The notes below the pieces were generated by a model that searched no databases, was not told where the DNA came from, and was given only the letters and a program-made list of their open reading frames with translations. Shown here in pieces: positions 37,371 through 47,114 of a DNA stretch of 64,000 nucleotides. The DNA is from an uncultured Candidatus Rokubacteria bacterium (GTDB taxonomy: Bacteria > Methylomirabilota > Methylomirabilia > Rokubacteriales > CSP1-6). Each line of letters begins with the position of its first letter. The stretch's first letter is position 1. The position numbers and the translations under genes were made by a program. The stretch is taken from positions 32,001 to 96,000 of the forward strand of contig CAWBMV010000015.1 of assembly GCA_963789955.1 (NCBI GenBank), written 5' to 3'.

Positions 37371-38414
37371 TCACGGCCTCGTCCACACAATCAGCTCGCG
37401 GCCGCTGATCGTGAGCGTCGTGCCGAGCTTGTCGCAGCGTCGCACGATCTGCTCGACCGCTTCCGTGTCGTGGCGCGGGTCACAGACATAGGTTTCGTTG
37501 CGCTCGTTGTGGCGCACCAGAGAGAACGCCACCTGCACGAGCGCCGAGTCGTCGAAGGTGAGACGGGCGAGCATTCCGACCCAGTCGCCGTGGGCCCGGC
37601 GGCCATGCCCCGTGTGGAACGAGAAGCTGCCGAGGCCGTAGAAAACCGGCTTGCCACGATACATCTCGACCGCGCACGCGTAGTGCGGTCCGTGGCCCAT
37701 GACGACGTCGGCGCCGGCGTCGATCGCGGCGTGGGCGATCTCCACCTGATAGTCGAGGACGTCCTCGAACAGTCCCCAGTGATGAGAGGCGACCACGATG
37801 TCGGCGCCGGCGCGCAGCGCCCGTAGATCGGTCGCGAACTCGGCGAGCGACTTGACGTCCGCCCAGGTGTGGATCGCGGGCGGAAGCCCGGGACGATTCG
37901 CGGGCGGGACCCCGGGGCGCTGCGTCTGCAGCGGCGGCTCGTACGCGGTGCGTCCCGTCAGGACGGCGACACCGGCGGAATTGTCGGTGGCCTCGTGGCC
38001 GGTGGCCCAGTAGACGGAGGTCCGTTGCACGAAGCCGAAACGCAATCCTTCGTGGGTGACGATGGCGGGAGCGCGCGCAGCCTGGCGATTCACGCCGGCT
38101 CCGGTCCACGAAATGCCAATCGCTTCGAGCTGTCTGAGCGACGACCGAATCGCCTCCTCGCCGTAGTTCACGTTGTTGGCGTTGCCGACCGCGTGAAACC
38201 CGCCAATGACGAGAGCCTGAGCTGATGCGAGCGGAGCATAGAAGCCCTCGCGTTCCGCCGAGTGCCCGGTGGCGGGCTCATGGAAGCAGCATTCCAGATT
38301 GCCGAACAGCACGTCGGCCTCGCGTAACGTGTCCCGGATGAGCGCGAACGGCACGTGAGGATCGGTGACGTTCAGGAGGTTGATGTCGCCGGTCAGCATC
38401 AGCGCTCGTTTCAT
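37371..38414 (-). CDS. CapA/PGA_cap-family metallophosphoesterase-fold protein
   Basis: GDI, GNLEC, ANN, SHHWG, GHGPH, YGLGSF. Confidence 0.88.
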   Translation of the reverse strand: MKRALMLTGDINLLNVTDPHVPFALIRDTLREADVLFGNLECCFHEPATGHSAEREGFYAPLASAQALVIGGFHAVGNANNVNYGEEAIRSSLRQLEAIGISWTGAGVNRQAARAPAIVTHEGLRFGFVQRTSVYWATGHEATDNSAGVAVLTGRTAYEPPLQTQRPGVPPANRPGLPPAIHTWADVKSLAEFATDLRALRAGADIVVASHHWGLFEDVLDYQVEIAHAAIDAGADVVMGHGPHYACAVEMYRGKPVFYGLGSFSFHTGHGRRAHGDWVGMLARLTFDDSALVQVAFSLVRHNERNETYVCDPRHDTEAVEQIVRRCDKLGTTLTISGRELIVWTRP

Positions 38415-38449
38415 GGCTCACCCTGTATCGTCCACGCGCTCGCGCCCGC

Positions 38450-39235
38450 TCAGGGCCGGACGCCGGGCGCTTCGATCGCCATCCCCCGAGCCCGCCACAT
38501 CAGGAACAGCTCGAGCTCGACGAGCTCAGGGGCGCCGTATTCGTAGGGCTCGGCGCGGATTCCGACCAGACAGTTGCGCAGCCGTCGCTGAAGCGAGCCG
38601 AGGCTCTGCCATTCGAGCCGGTAGACCGGATAGCCGGTCGGATGCGCCTGCGGGATCGCGTTGCCGGCGAGGCGCTTGCCCCAGTTATCGTCGTGACACT
38701 GGCTGCAGGCGAGGTTGAGCTGGCCCTGCCGCCGATAGAACGCGGCGCGGCCGTTGTCGAGAAACGGCTGCACGCGACCGTCGATCGCGATGTCGATCGG
38801 CAGGCCGCGTGACTGGCGCGCCACGAACGCCGTCAGGGCGAGGAGCTCCCGGCTCTCGTAGGCGAGCGCCGGCGCCTGCTGACGCTCGGCCCGGCACAGG
38901 TTGATGCGCTGCTCGAGGTTCACGGGCCGCTTCAGCTTGGCGTCGAGCGCCGGATAGCGCGCCGCCACGCCCTTCATGCTGGCGCGCGCCTCGCCGTGGC
39001 AGTCGGCGCAGGCGCGGCCGGCGGTGCCGGCCTTGCGCGCCCACAGCCCGCCGCCCTCGAGCACCCCGAGCATTCCGGGATTGGTTGCATCATCGTCCTG
39101 CATCGCGCGCGTCTCACGGCTCATGAAGTCGTAGCCCGAGCGGCGCTCGGCCTGCGGGATCTCGCCGGGGAACGCCGTCCCGGCGAGCAGGGTCAGCGCC
39201 GTCGCGGCGAGGAGCCGGACAAAGCTCCCTCTCAA
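38450..39235 (-). CDS. soxA: SoxA-like diheme cytochrome c
   Basis: QDDDATNPG, CADCH, RINLCR, GQLNLACSQCH, YPVYRLEWQSLGSLQRRLRNC; TTG start overlaps soxZ stop. Confidence 0.92.
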   Translation of the reverse strand: MRGSFVRLLAATALTLLAGTAFPGEIPQAERRSGYDFMSRETRAMQDDDATNPGMLGVLEGGGLWARKAGTAGRACADCHGEARASMKGVAARYPALDAKLKRPVNLEQRINLCRAERQQAPALAYESRELLALTAFVARQSRGLPIDIAIDGRVQPFLDNGRAAFYRRQGQLNLACSQCHDDNWGKRLAGNAIPQAHPTGYPVYRLEWQSLGSLQRRLRNCLVGIRAEPYEYGAPELVELELFLMWRARGMAIEAPGVRP

Positions 39236-39552
39236 TCGACCGTGATCGCGGCCGACTCGGTCGCCGAGAAGCCGTTGTCGCCGGTCCACTGGAACGCGAG
39301 GGTCCCGCTCTCGGTGGCGACGGTCGAGAAGACGAAGAAGGGATTCGCGGCGATCGCCGGATGGAGCTCGGCCCGGAAGACCTCCGTGCCGTTGTAGGTG
39401 CACACGAAGAGGCGGACGATGTCGCGCGGGATCGACGTGCCGAGCTGGCTGCGGCGATACCCGGTCTCCATCGGGTGCGAGATCAGGGTCTTGATCTCGA
39501 TGACCTCACCGCGCCGGGCGCGAGGCGGCACGTTGACGAGCGCGTTGGCCAC
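39232..39552 (-). CDS. soxZ: SoxZ-like carrier-complex protein
   Basis: LISHPMETGYRR, IAANPF, W..DNG. Confidence 0.92.
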   Translation of the reverse strand: MANALVNVPPRARRGEVIEIKTLISHPMETGYRRSQLGTSIPRDIVRLFVCTYNGTEVFRAELHPAIAANPFFVFSTVATESGTLAFQWTGDNGFSATESAAITVD

Positions 39553-39554
39553 GA

Positions 39555-40019
39555 CTACGCGTCCTCGAGGCAGGCGGCCAAGGTCACCACGACCGCCGCA
39601 CTCGCGGACCAGAACGAGCCGTCGCTGAGCTCGCCGATCGCGGTCACCGTCTGGGTGTTGGCGAGCCGGATGCGCGTCGACACGCGCGCCAGCCCGGCGC
39701 GCGGCCCGAAGCGGAAGCTCACGACCTCGGGCTGAGGGTTCAGCTCGGTGAACACGTGGATCGCGCGCACATGATCGGCCGGCGTCATCGGACTCTCGAC
39801 ACTGACCGTGAGCGGCACGGTGTTGCCGTTCTCGGAGAGCGGCGGCAGCTCGAGCTTCACCCGGCCCTTCGAGACGCGGGACGAGCCGACGACCTTGCGG
39901 ATGGCGTCTTGCATCGCCTCGGGGGTTGCATGCGCGGGCGCCACGGTGATGACGGCCCCGAGTCCCAGGCCGGCCGCGGCGGCTTGCAAGAATGTGCGGC
40001 GCGTCGTCTCGCGGTCCAT
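39555..40019 (-). CDS. SoxY paralogue with AACLE-type arm, Tat signal
   Basis: TRRTFL signal, P.LSENGNTVP, NPQP, STRIRLA; ends VTLAACLEDA rather than VTIGGCGG. Confidence 0.88.
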   Translation of the reverse strand: MDRETTRRTFLQAAAAGLGLGAVITVAPAHATPEAMQDAIRKVVGSSRVSKGRVKLELPPLSENGNTVPLTVSVESPMTPADHVRAIHVFTELNPQPEVVSFRFGPRAGLARVSTRIRLANTQTVTAIGELSDGSFWSASAAVVVTLAACLEDA

Positions 40020-40447
40020 CAGTCTTTCAACGTCGTCAAGAAGGCCACCACGTCCTCGATCTGCTCGGCGCTCAGGACGGGCTTGCCGCGCCACGCCGGC
40101 GCGACCCGCGCGAGCCCATCGGTTCGATGATACGCCGGCATGATCGTGGCCGCGTTGATTCGGCTCGAATCGACGATCCGAAGACGCAGCTGACCCTCGG
40201 ACCAGCGCTTGCCGGCACCCGCCAGATCGGGCGCGAGATTGCCCTGGAAGCGCTCCTCCGGAAACGGTCCGCTGTGGCAGAGCAGGCACAGGCCGAGCTG
40301 GCGGTTGGTGACGATCGCGCGGCCGCGCGCGGGGTCGCCCTTGGCACCGGTGAGCGACGTCGGGATCGAGTCTTGCGCCGCCGCCACCCCGCCGCTCGCC
40401 GTGGCCACCGTGCAGCAGGCGGCGACGACGGCCGCGGCGAATCTCAC
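40019..40447 (-). CDS. soxX: SoxX-like monoheme cytochrome c
   Basis: GDPARGRAIV, CLLCH, GNLAPDL, TIMPAY, IEDVVAFL; GTG start overlaps fccB stop. Confidence 0.9.
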   Translation of the reverse strand: MRFAAAVVAACCTVATASGGVAAAQDSIPTSLTGAKGDPARGRAIVTNRQLGLCLLCHSGPFPEERFQGNLAPDLAGAGKRWSEGQLRLRIVDSSRINAATIMPAYHRTDGLARVAPAWRGKPVLSAEQIEDVVAFLTTLKD

Positions 40448-41718
40448 CCGAACGCCTCGGCCGTGATCGTGTGGAACCAGGCCTCGGCGAGTATCGCCTC
40501 TGCCTTGCGCGTCTCGCGCGGCGCGTCCGACGGGCTCACGCCGCCGGAGCCGGGAACGTCGGCGAGCTGTCCGCCCGTGGGCTGGTAGACGCCGGCGACG
40601 GAAATCCCGTAGTCCGGCGCCACGAGGCTGTAGCACGTGTTGATCAGCTTGGGGCTCGGCGGCGGGCTGCCGGCGAGGAGCGTCGCCACCGCGGCGGCGC
40701 ACACCTTGGCCTGGGAGTTCGCGGCGAACGCCGACTTCGGCATCGCGCCGGCGATCGCGGCGTCGCCGATGACGTGGATGCCGGCCTGTAGCTTCGATTC
40801 GAACGTGACCGGATCGATCGGGCACCAGCCGCTGCGATCGGCGACGCCGGCGACCTCCGCGATGCGGCCCGCCTTCTGCGGCGGGATGACGTTGGCCACC
40901 TTGGCCTGGTGCTTACCGAAGTCGGTCACGAGCGTGAGTGTGGCGGCGTCGACCGAGGTGACATTGCCGCCCTTGGAGAGTGGCACCCACTCGAGCAGGC
41001 CCGGATAAAGCTCGGCCCAGGCGGCCTGGAACAGCCGCTGCTTCGAGAACGCGTCCTTCGCGTCGAGCACGAGCAGCTTCGACTTCGGCTTCTTCGTCTT
41101 CAGGTAGTGAGCGATCAGGCTCGCGCGCTCGTAGGGCCCGGGCGGACACCGGAACGGATTCGCCGGCGCCGAGATGATGACGAGCCCGCCGTCGTCCATC
41201 GCCTCGAGCTGGCGGCGCAGCAGCAGGGTCTGCTCGCCCGCGCGCCACGCGTGCGGCATCACGGCGGCCGCCGCCTCGTCGTAGCCGGGCAGCGCCCCCC
41301 ATTTGATGTCGATGCCGGGCGCCAGCACGAGCCGGTCGTACGACAGCTTCGCGCCGTCGGCGAGCGTGACCGATTTCGTCGGTGCGTCGATCGCGGTCGC
41401 GGCCGTGCGGACGATCGTGATCCCATCGGCGGCGACGCGCTCGTAGGTGAACTGTTGCGCGGAGAGCTCCCGCAGGCCGCCGATCACGGAGTTACTGAAC
41501 GGGCACGCGATGAACGTCGCGCTCGGCTCGACCAGGGTCACCACGATGCGCGGGTCGGTGTGGCGGAGCGCGCGGGCACAGCTCGCGCCGGCGAAGCCTC
41601 CGCCGACGACCACGACACGGGGCCGGCCCGCTTGAGCGCGCGCCGGAAGGGGACAGAGGGCCGCGGCGGCCGTCGCCGCGACGCCGAGCTTGAGGAACGC
41701 GCGACGGTCGGTCTTCAT
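40444..41718 (-). CDS. fccB: Flavocytochrome c sulfide dehydrogenase flavoprotein (FccB/SoxF), Tat signal
   Basis: DRRAFL, GGGFAG, CPFSN, CPPGPYERAS, PKSAFAANSQ, NTCYS. Confidence 0.9.
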   Translation of the reverse strand: MKTDRRAFLKLGVAATAAAALCPLPARAQAGRPRVVVVGGGFAGASCARALRHTDPRIVVTLVEPSATFIACPFSNSVIGGLRELSAQQFTYERVAADGITIVRTAATAIDAPTKSVTLADGAKLSYDRLVLAPGIDIKWGALPGYDEAAAAVMPHAWRAGEQTLLLRRQLEAMDDGGLVIISAPANPFRCPPGPYERASLIAHYLKTKKPKSKLLVLDAKDAFSKQRLFQAAWAELYPGLLEWVPLSKGGNVTSVDAATLTLVTDFGKHQAKVANVIPPQKAGRIAEVAGVADRSGWCPIDPVTFESKLQAGIHVIGDAAIAGAMPKSAFAANSQAKVCAAAVATLLAGSPPPSPKLINTCYSLVAPDYGISVAGVYQPTGGQLADVPGSGGVSPSDAPRETRKAEAILAEAWFHTITAEAFG

Positions 41719-42008
41719 TTTTGTTCGGCGTACCAGGCGGCGATCGCCTGGATCTCGTCGTCGGTGAATCCCTTGGCGATCCTGTCCATGACGGTGGCTG
41801 CGCGTTCGCCCGAGCGGAAGTCATGCATCGCTTTGACGATCTCGGCGCGATCGCGCCCGGCGAGCCGCGCCACGGGCGAGGGGCCGCGCGCCGACGAGGG
41901 ATGACAGCCCGAGCACGCCGCGGCGCCCGCCGGCGGCTCGGCCGATGCGACGGTGGCCGCCGCGATCGATACACACGCGATCACGGCGGCCACGACACTA
42001 CGCATCAC
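41715..42008 (-). CDS. Small monoheme cytochrome c (FccA-like partner)
   Basis: Signal peptide, CSGCH, TVMDRIAKG. Confidence 0.88.
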   Translation of the reverse strand: MMRSVVAAVIACVSIAAATVASAEPPAGAAACSGCHPSSARGPSPVARLAGRDRAEIVKAMHDFRSGERAATVMDRIAKGFTDDEIQAIAAWYAEQK

Positions 42009-44191
42009 TCACACCATCTGGTAGCCGTGGTTCTTGAGCGGGAACGTGCGGATGCGCTTCCCGGTCGCCCGGAACATGGCGTTCAGGACCGCCGGCGCCG
42101 CCACGCAGATCGTCGGCTCGCCGACGCCGCCCCAGAATCCGCCGGACGGCATGATGATCGACTCCACCTTCGGCATCTGTGCGATCTTCATCGAGTCGTA
42201 GTTGGTGAAGTTCGTCTGCTCGATGGCGCCGTCCTTCACCGTGCACTCTTCCATGAAGACCGCCGACAGACCATAGACGAACGAGCCGGCGATCTGGCGC
42301 TCGATCTGCCCGGGGTTGACGGCATAGCCGGGATCGGTCGCGCAGACGATCCGCCGCACCTTCACCTTGTCGCCGCCACTGACGGACACCTCCGCGCACG
42401 CGGCCACGTAGCTGCCGAACGCCATCATGTGCGCCAGCCCTCGGTGCACGCCCTGCGGGGCCGGCTTGCCCCATCCGGCTCGGTCGGCCACGGCGTTCAG
42501 CACCGCGAGATGCTTGGGATGCTTGCTCATCAGCTTGCGCCGGAACTCGAGCGCGTCCTGACCGGCGGCCGCCGCGAGCTCGTCCATGAAGCACTCCAGG
42601 AAGATCGCATTCTGGTTGATGTTCACGCCGCGCCAGAATCCGGGCGGGACGTGCGTGTTGCGCATCGCGTGGTCGATCAGGAGATTGGGCACGGTGTAGC
42701 CGAGCGTGAAATCACCGCTCGGATCGACACCCTGGAACGTCGCGTTGTCCCGGCCGTCCTGGAGGTTCTGCGGGAACACGGAGGCCAGGATCGACTGGCC
42801 CGACAGCCGCATGTGCAGGCCGACGAGATTGCCGCTCGCGTCCAGCCCGCCGCTCATCTTCGCCTGCATGACCGGGTGATAACGGCCCTGCTGCATGTCT
42901 TCCTCGCGCGACCACAGGAGCTTCACGGGCGTGCCCGGGACCTGCTTGGCGATCCGCACGGCCTGCGTGACGTAGTCGTGGAAGGCGCCGCGGCGACCGA
43001 AGCCGCCGCCGAGGTTGATCTTGTAGACCTCGCACTTGTCGGCTGGCAAACCGGACGCCGCCAAGGTCGCCGCGAACGCGGCCTCGCCGTTCTGCGTCGG
43101 CACCCAGACCTCGCAGCGATCATCCGTGTATTTGGCCGTCGCGTTCATCGGCTCCATCGGCGCGTGGTTCTGGAACGGATACGCGTACACCGCCTCGACC
43201 TTCTTCGCAGCGCCGGCGATCGCGCCCTTCACGTCGCCGATCTGGGTCCGCACGAAGGCCTGATCGGCGTCGAGGCCTTCCTTCAGCGTGTCGGCGATCG
43301 TGGCGCTCGACACCTTCGCGTTCGGCGCCCTCGTCCCAGACGATCGGCAGCGCATCGAGCGCGGTCTTGGCCTGCCACCACGTGTTCGGCGACGACCGCG
43401 ACCGCGGAGTCGCCGACCTGCACGACGTGCTTCACGCCGGGCATGCTCTGCGCCTTGGCGGCTTCGAAGCTCTTCACCTTGCCGCCGAACACCGGGCACT
43501 CCTTGATCGCGGCGTTGAGCATTCCCGGCATTTTGAGATCGAACCCGTAGACCTGCGCGCCGGTCACCTTCTGTACGGTGTCCAGGCGCTTCACCGACTT
43601 GCCGATGATCTTCCACTCCTTGGGATCCTTGAGCGGGACATCGGCCGGCGGCGTCAGCTTCGCGGCGGCTTCCGCCACCTTGCCGTACGTGGTCGTGCGA
43701 CCGGACGGCTTGTGCGTGATGACGCTGTTGGCGGCGCTGCACTCGGCGGCCGGCACGCCCCAGGCATTGGCCGCGGCCTGCACCAGCATGACGCGAGCGG
43801 CGGCGCCGCCCTTGCGGACGTACTCGTTGGACTGTCGGATGCCGCGGCTGCCGCCCGTGGAGAAATCGCCCCACACGCGCTTGCGCGCGACGGACTGGCC
43901 GGGCGTCGGATACTCGGTGGTCACCTTCGTCCAGTCGCAGTCGAGCTCCTCGGCGACCATCTGCGCCAGACCGGTGAGCGTGCCCTGTCCCATCTCGGAG
44001 CGGGCGATCCGGACCACGACCGTGTCGTCCGGGCGGATGACCACCCAGGCGTTGATCTCGGGCGCGCCGTCCTGCGCTCGAACGACATTGGCGCCGAACG
44101 GGATCTTCAGGCCGAGGGTGAGCCCGGCGCCGACGGCCGCCGTGCCGATGACGAACGAGCGCCGATCGATCTTCGGGGTCTTGATGATCAT
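42009..44191 (-). CDS. IorB-type molybdopterin oxidoreductase large subunit, Tat signal (frameshifts near 43330-43385)
   Basis: DRRSFV, SEMGQG, TGGS, HAPMEPMN, LGGGFGRR, GGVGEP. Confidence 0.9.
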
Positions 44192-44201
44192 GGCTCTCCC
44201 T

Positions 44202-44651
44202 CTATGCCTTCGCCGCGGCGTGAATGGCTTCGCGCACCTGCTGGAACGTACCGCAACGGCAGATGTTGGTGATCCCCGCGTCGATGTCGGCGTCGGTCGG
44301 CTTCGGCTTGTCCTTCAGAAGCGCCGCCACCGCCATGATCATCCCGGCCTGGCAGTAACCGCACTGGGGCACGTCGTAGTCGACCCAGGCCTTCTGGACC
44401 TTGTGCAAGACGCCGCCATTCGCCAGGCCCTCGATCGTGGTGATCTGCTTACCCTCCGCCGAGGCGACCGGCAGCACGCAGGAACGGACCGCCTTGCCGT
44501 CGAGGTGCACCGTGCAGGCGCCGCACATCGCGACGCCGCATCCGTACTTGGTCCCCGTGAGGCCGACCTGCTCTCGGATCGCCCACAGAAGGGGCGTGCT
44601 GGGGCTGACATTGACCTCTTGGGTTTTGCCGTTGATGGTCAGGCGCGCCAT
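44202..44651 (-). CDS. IorA-type 2x[2Fe-2S] small subunit
   Basis: [30 protein letters not shown]. Confidence 0.92.
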   Translation of the reverse strand: MARLTINGKTQEVNVSPSTPLLWAIREQVGLTGTKYGCGVAMCGACTVHLDGKAVRSCVLPVASAEGKQITTIEGLANGGVLHKVQKAWVDYDVPQCGYCQAGMIMAVAALLKDKPKPTDADIDAGITNICRCGTFQQVREAIHAAAKA

Positions 44652-44721
44652 GATCTTTCCTCCCAGGATTGCGGTGCCGTGGTGCGAATATCCGCGATCA
44701 CGCTCACAAGAGCAACCTTCT

Positions 44722-45329
44722 CTACAGAGGCTTGATCTGCACCTTGCGCCACTTGATGGCGCCGCCGGGCGCGTCCTTGGGCCCGTTGCCGAACTGAAGC
44801 GCGATCGGTCCCTGCGCGTGCTGACTGTCCTGAACATTGGCGGTCTGGACGCCGTTCAGCACCACGGTGAGCTGCGAGCCCTTGGCCGTGATCTCGTACG
44901 TGTTCCACTTGCCGCCGGCCTTGGGCATGGGCGACACCTTGGCCACGTTGACGATTCCCCCGGTGCCGTAGGCCGGCTCGGGGCGCTGATCGTAGATGTT
45001 CACCTCGTAGGCGTTGGTCGCGGTGATCGCGTTGGGATCGGAGCAGCGAAGGAAGACGCCGCTGTTCGTGGTGTGATCCGCCCAGAACTCCACCCGGATC
45101 TGAAAATCCTTGTACGAGCTCTTCGAGACGAGGAAGCCGCCCTTGCCCTTGTCCGCGATGATGGCGCCGGCCTCGGAGCGCCAGTTGGCATCACCGATGC
45201 GGTTCCAGTTGTCCAGACCGGTCGCGCCATCGATGAGCGTGGTCCAGCCGGCGTCGGACTGACCGAACGACATGTAGGCGCACCCGAGAACGGTCAACCC
45301 GATCCCATGACGATGGATGGGCGTCTCAT
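44722..45329 (-). CDS. DUF1080 domain exported protein
   Basis: GW..LIDG, YKDF, NSGVF, YEVNIYD, WNTYEI, GPIALQ; signal region frameshifted. Confidence 0.85.
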
Positions 45330-45399
45330 GGCGATCTCCTGCGGCGGAATGGTTCGATGACGTCGTGTCGTTCGTCATCGCGCCGACACGCGGAGATAC

Positions 45400-46217
45400 T
45401 CGCCCACCGCGACGGATACCTTCGACACCACTGAGCGGACGTGGTGCGAGACATACGGTCTACTCGTTCACGGCACGCGCGACCTCCGAGATCGACGGCG
45501 ACTGCTCCGCTCACGGAGCGACCTGGAACGAGGTGGCGAGTCCGTGACGGCGCTCGCGCCGATCGCCCGCTCGGCGATGACGGCGAGCGGTGTCCGGGGC
45601 GCACGACGCTCGCGTCGAACGCGGTCGTCGACCGGGTGGCGCTACCGCGACGTCCGGTGCCGATCCGCGTGCCAGAATCTCGACTTCGAGTGCGAGATCG
45701 GCGTCGTCATTGGACGCGGGCGAGAACCTCGACCCGAAGAACGCCGTCGACCACGTCGTCGGCTACTGCCTGTTCAACGACTGGAGCGCCCGCGACGTGC
45801 AGCGCAACGAGATGGAGATGCGGCTCGGCCCCGCCAAGGGCAAGGACACCGCGACGACCCTCGGGCCGTGGCTCGTGACGAAGGACGAGCTCGAGCCGTG
45901 GCGCGCCCGATGGGCTACGATCTCCAGATGGTCGTCTCGGTCAACGGCCGCGAGTACGGCCGCGACCGCTGGTCCAACGCCTTCTGGTCGATCGGCGAGA
46001 TCATCGCGTACGCGTCTCGAGGGACGAAGGTGTGCGCCGGGGACGTGCTGGGACGGGCACCTGTGGCAACGGCTGTCTGGCCGAGCTGCGGACGCGGGAC
46101 GCCGCCGCGTATCCGTGGCTCGCGGTCGGCGATGAGATCGTCTACGAGGTGGAGCAACTCGGGCGCATCGCCAACCGGATCGTCGCCGGCCCGCCGCTGA
46201 TTCCGCTGCGTCCCTGA
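45400..46217 (+). CDS. Fumarylacetoacetate-hydrolase family protein; 5' part garbled, possibly a pseudogene
   Basis: LDFECEIG, FNDWSARDVQ, KGKD.ATTLGPWLVT, GT.GNGCL; start not resolvable. Confidence 0.7.
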
Positions 46218-46243
46218 CGACGCATCGTAGGATATAGGCGGCG

Positions 46244-47114
46244 ATGAGCACGACGCCACACCCGGACGATGGTGATCCGACGGTCGCGATGCCGGCTCGG
46301 CCGGCCCCGGCCCCTCCGACGACGGAGACCAGGCGACTGCTTGCCTCCTTTGGACCTCGGCGAAGGCGCAGTACCGTGGCTCTCCGCCGCGGCCGCGATC
46401 GTGCTTTTCGCGATCGCGGCCGCCAGCTCGTTTTATCTCGTGCAGCGAATGAAGCCGCTTCCGGTCCCGCCCCAGCCAGCGCAAGAAGCCGCCGCTCCGC
46501 CCGTGATGCCGCAGGCCAGCCAGCCCACTCAAGCGCCGCCGCCGCGCGTGTCCGACAAGCCGTCCAGCCCGAGACAGATGTTGAAAGAAATCTTCGACGG
46601 CCGAGATCGGGGGCACGCCGTGACCGCTTCGGTTGAAAGAGGCGCGGTCCGCATCGGTTCTTCGACGCCCGGCTACGTGTATGTGCTGGCCGCCTCGGCC
46701 AACCAATTCGACGGTGCTCCGCTGTTTGTCGCAATGCTGTTCCCCAGGGCGGCGGACACGAACAATCGCGTCCGGCCCGGCCAGACGCTGACCTTGCCCG
46801 ACCTGCCGTGGCCGGCGAACGCCGAGTTCCTGGCCATCGTGTCCGATGAACGGCGCGACATCGACGTGCTCGGACAGCTGGTCGGGAAGGTCATCTGTCC
46901 CTCCAGCGGCCCCTGTTCGGAGTCCTATGGGGCCGTCGTCTTCTCGAGCGAGGGGATACGCGCGACCGCCCGCAATCCCGCGGCCCCGAAGGCCCCCGCC
47001 GCTCGACCGCCGGCTCCGGGCCCCCGCCGCTGCAGTGATATTTTGGAGCGCGCATCGCTGGGCGAGTCATTGACGGACGAGGAGCAGACGTTCCTCACGA
47101 GGGATTGCCGATGA
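46244..47114 (+). CDS. Bitopic membrane protein with DUF4384-like external domain (frameshift near 46340)
   Basis: Pro-rich N-terminus, one TM, S..PGYVYVL...LFP....NN.V.PG, C-terminal RCSDILERASLG...CR. Confidence 0.6.

Noticed and set aside
37371..38414. Poly-gamma-glutamate capsule synthesis locus
   Set aside because: Only a CapA-fold gene; no capB or capC.
38450..42008. Complete canonical Sox thiosulfate oxidation pathway
   Set aside because: No soxB, soxC or soxD in the window, and SoxY lacks the GGCGG arm.
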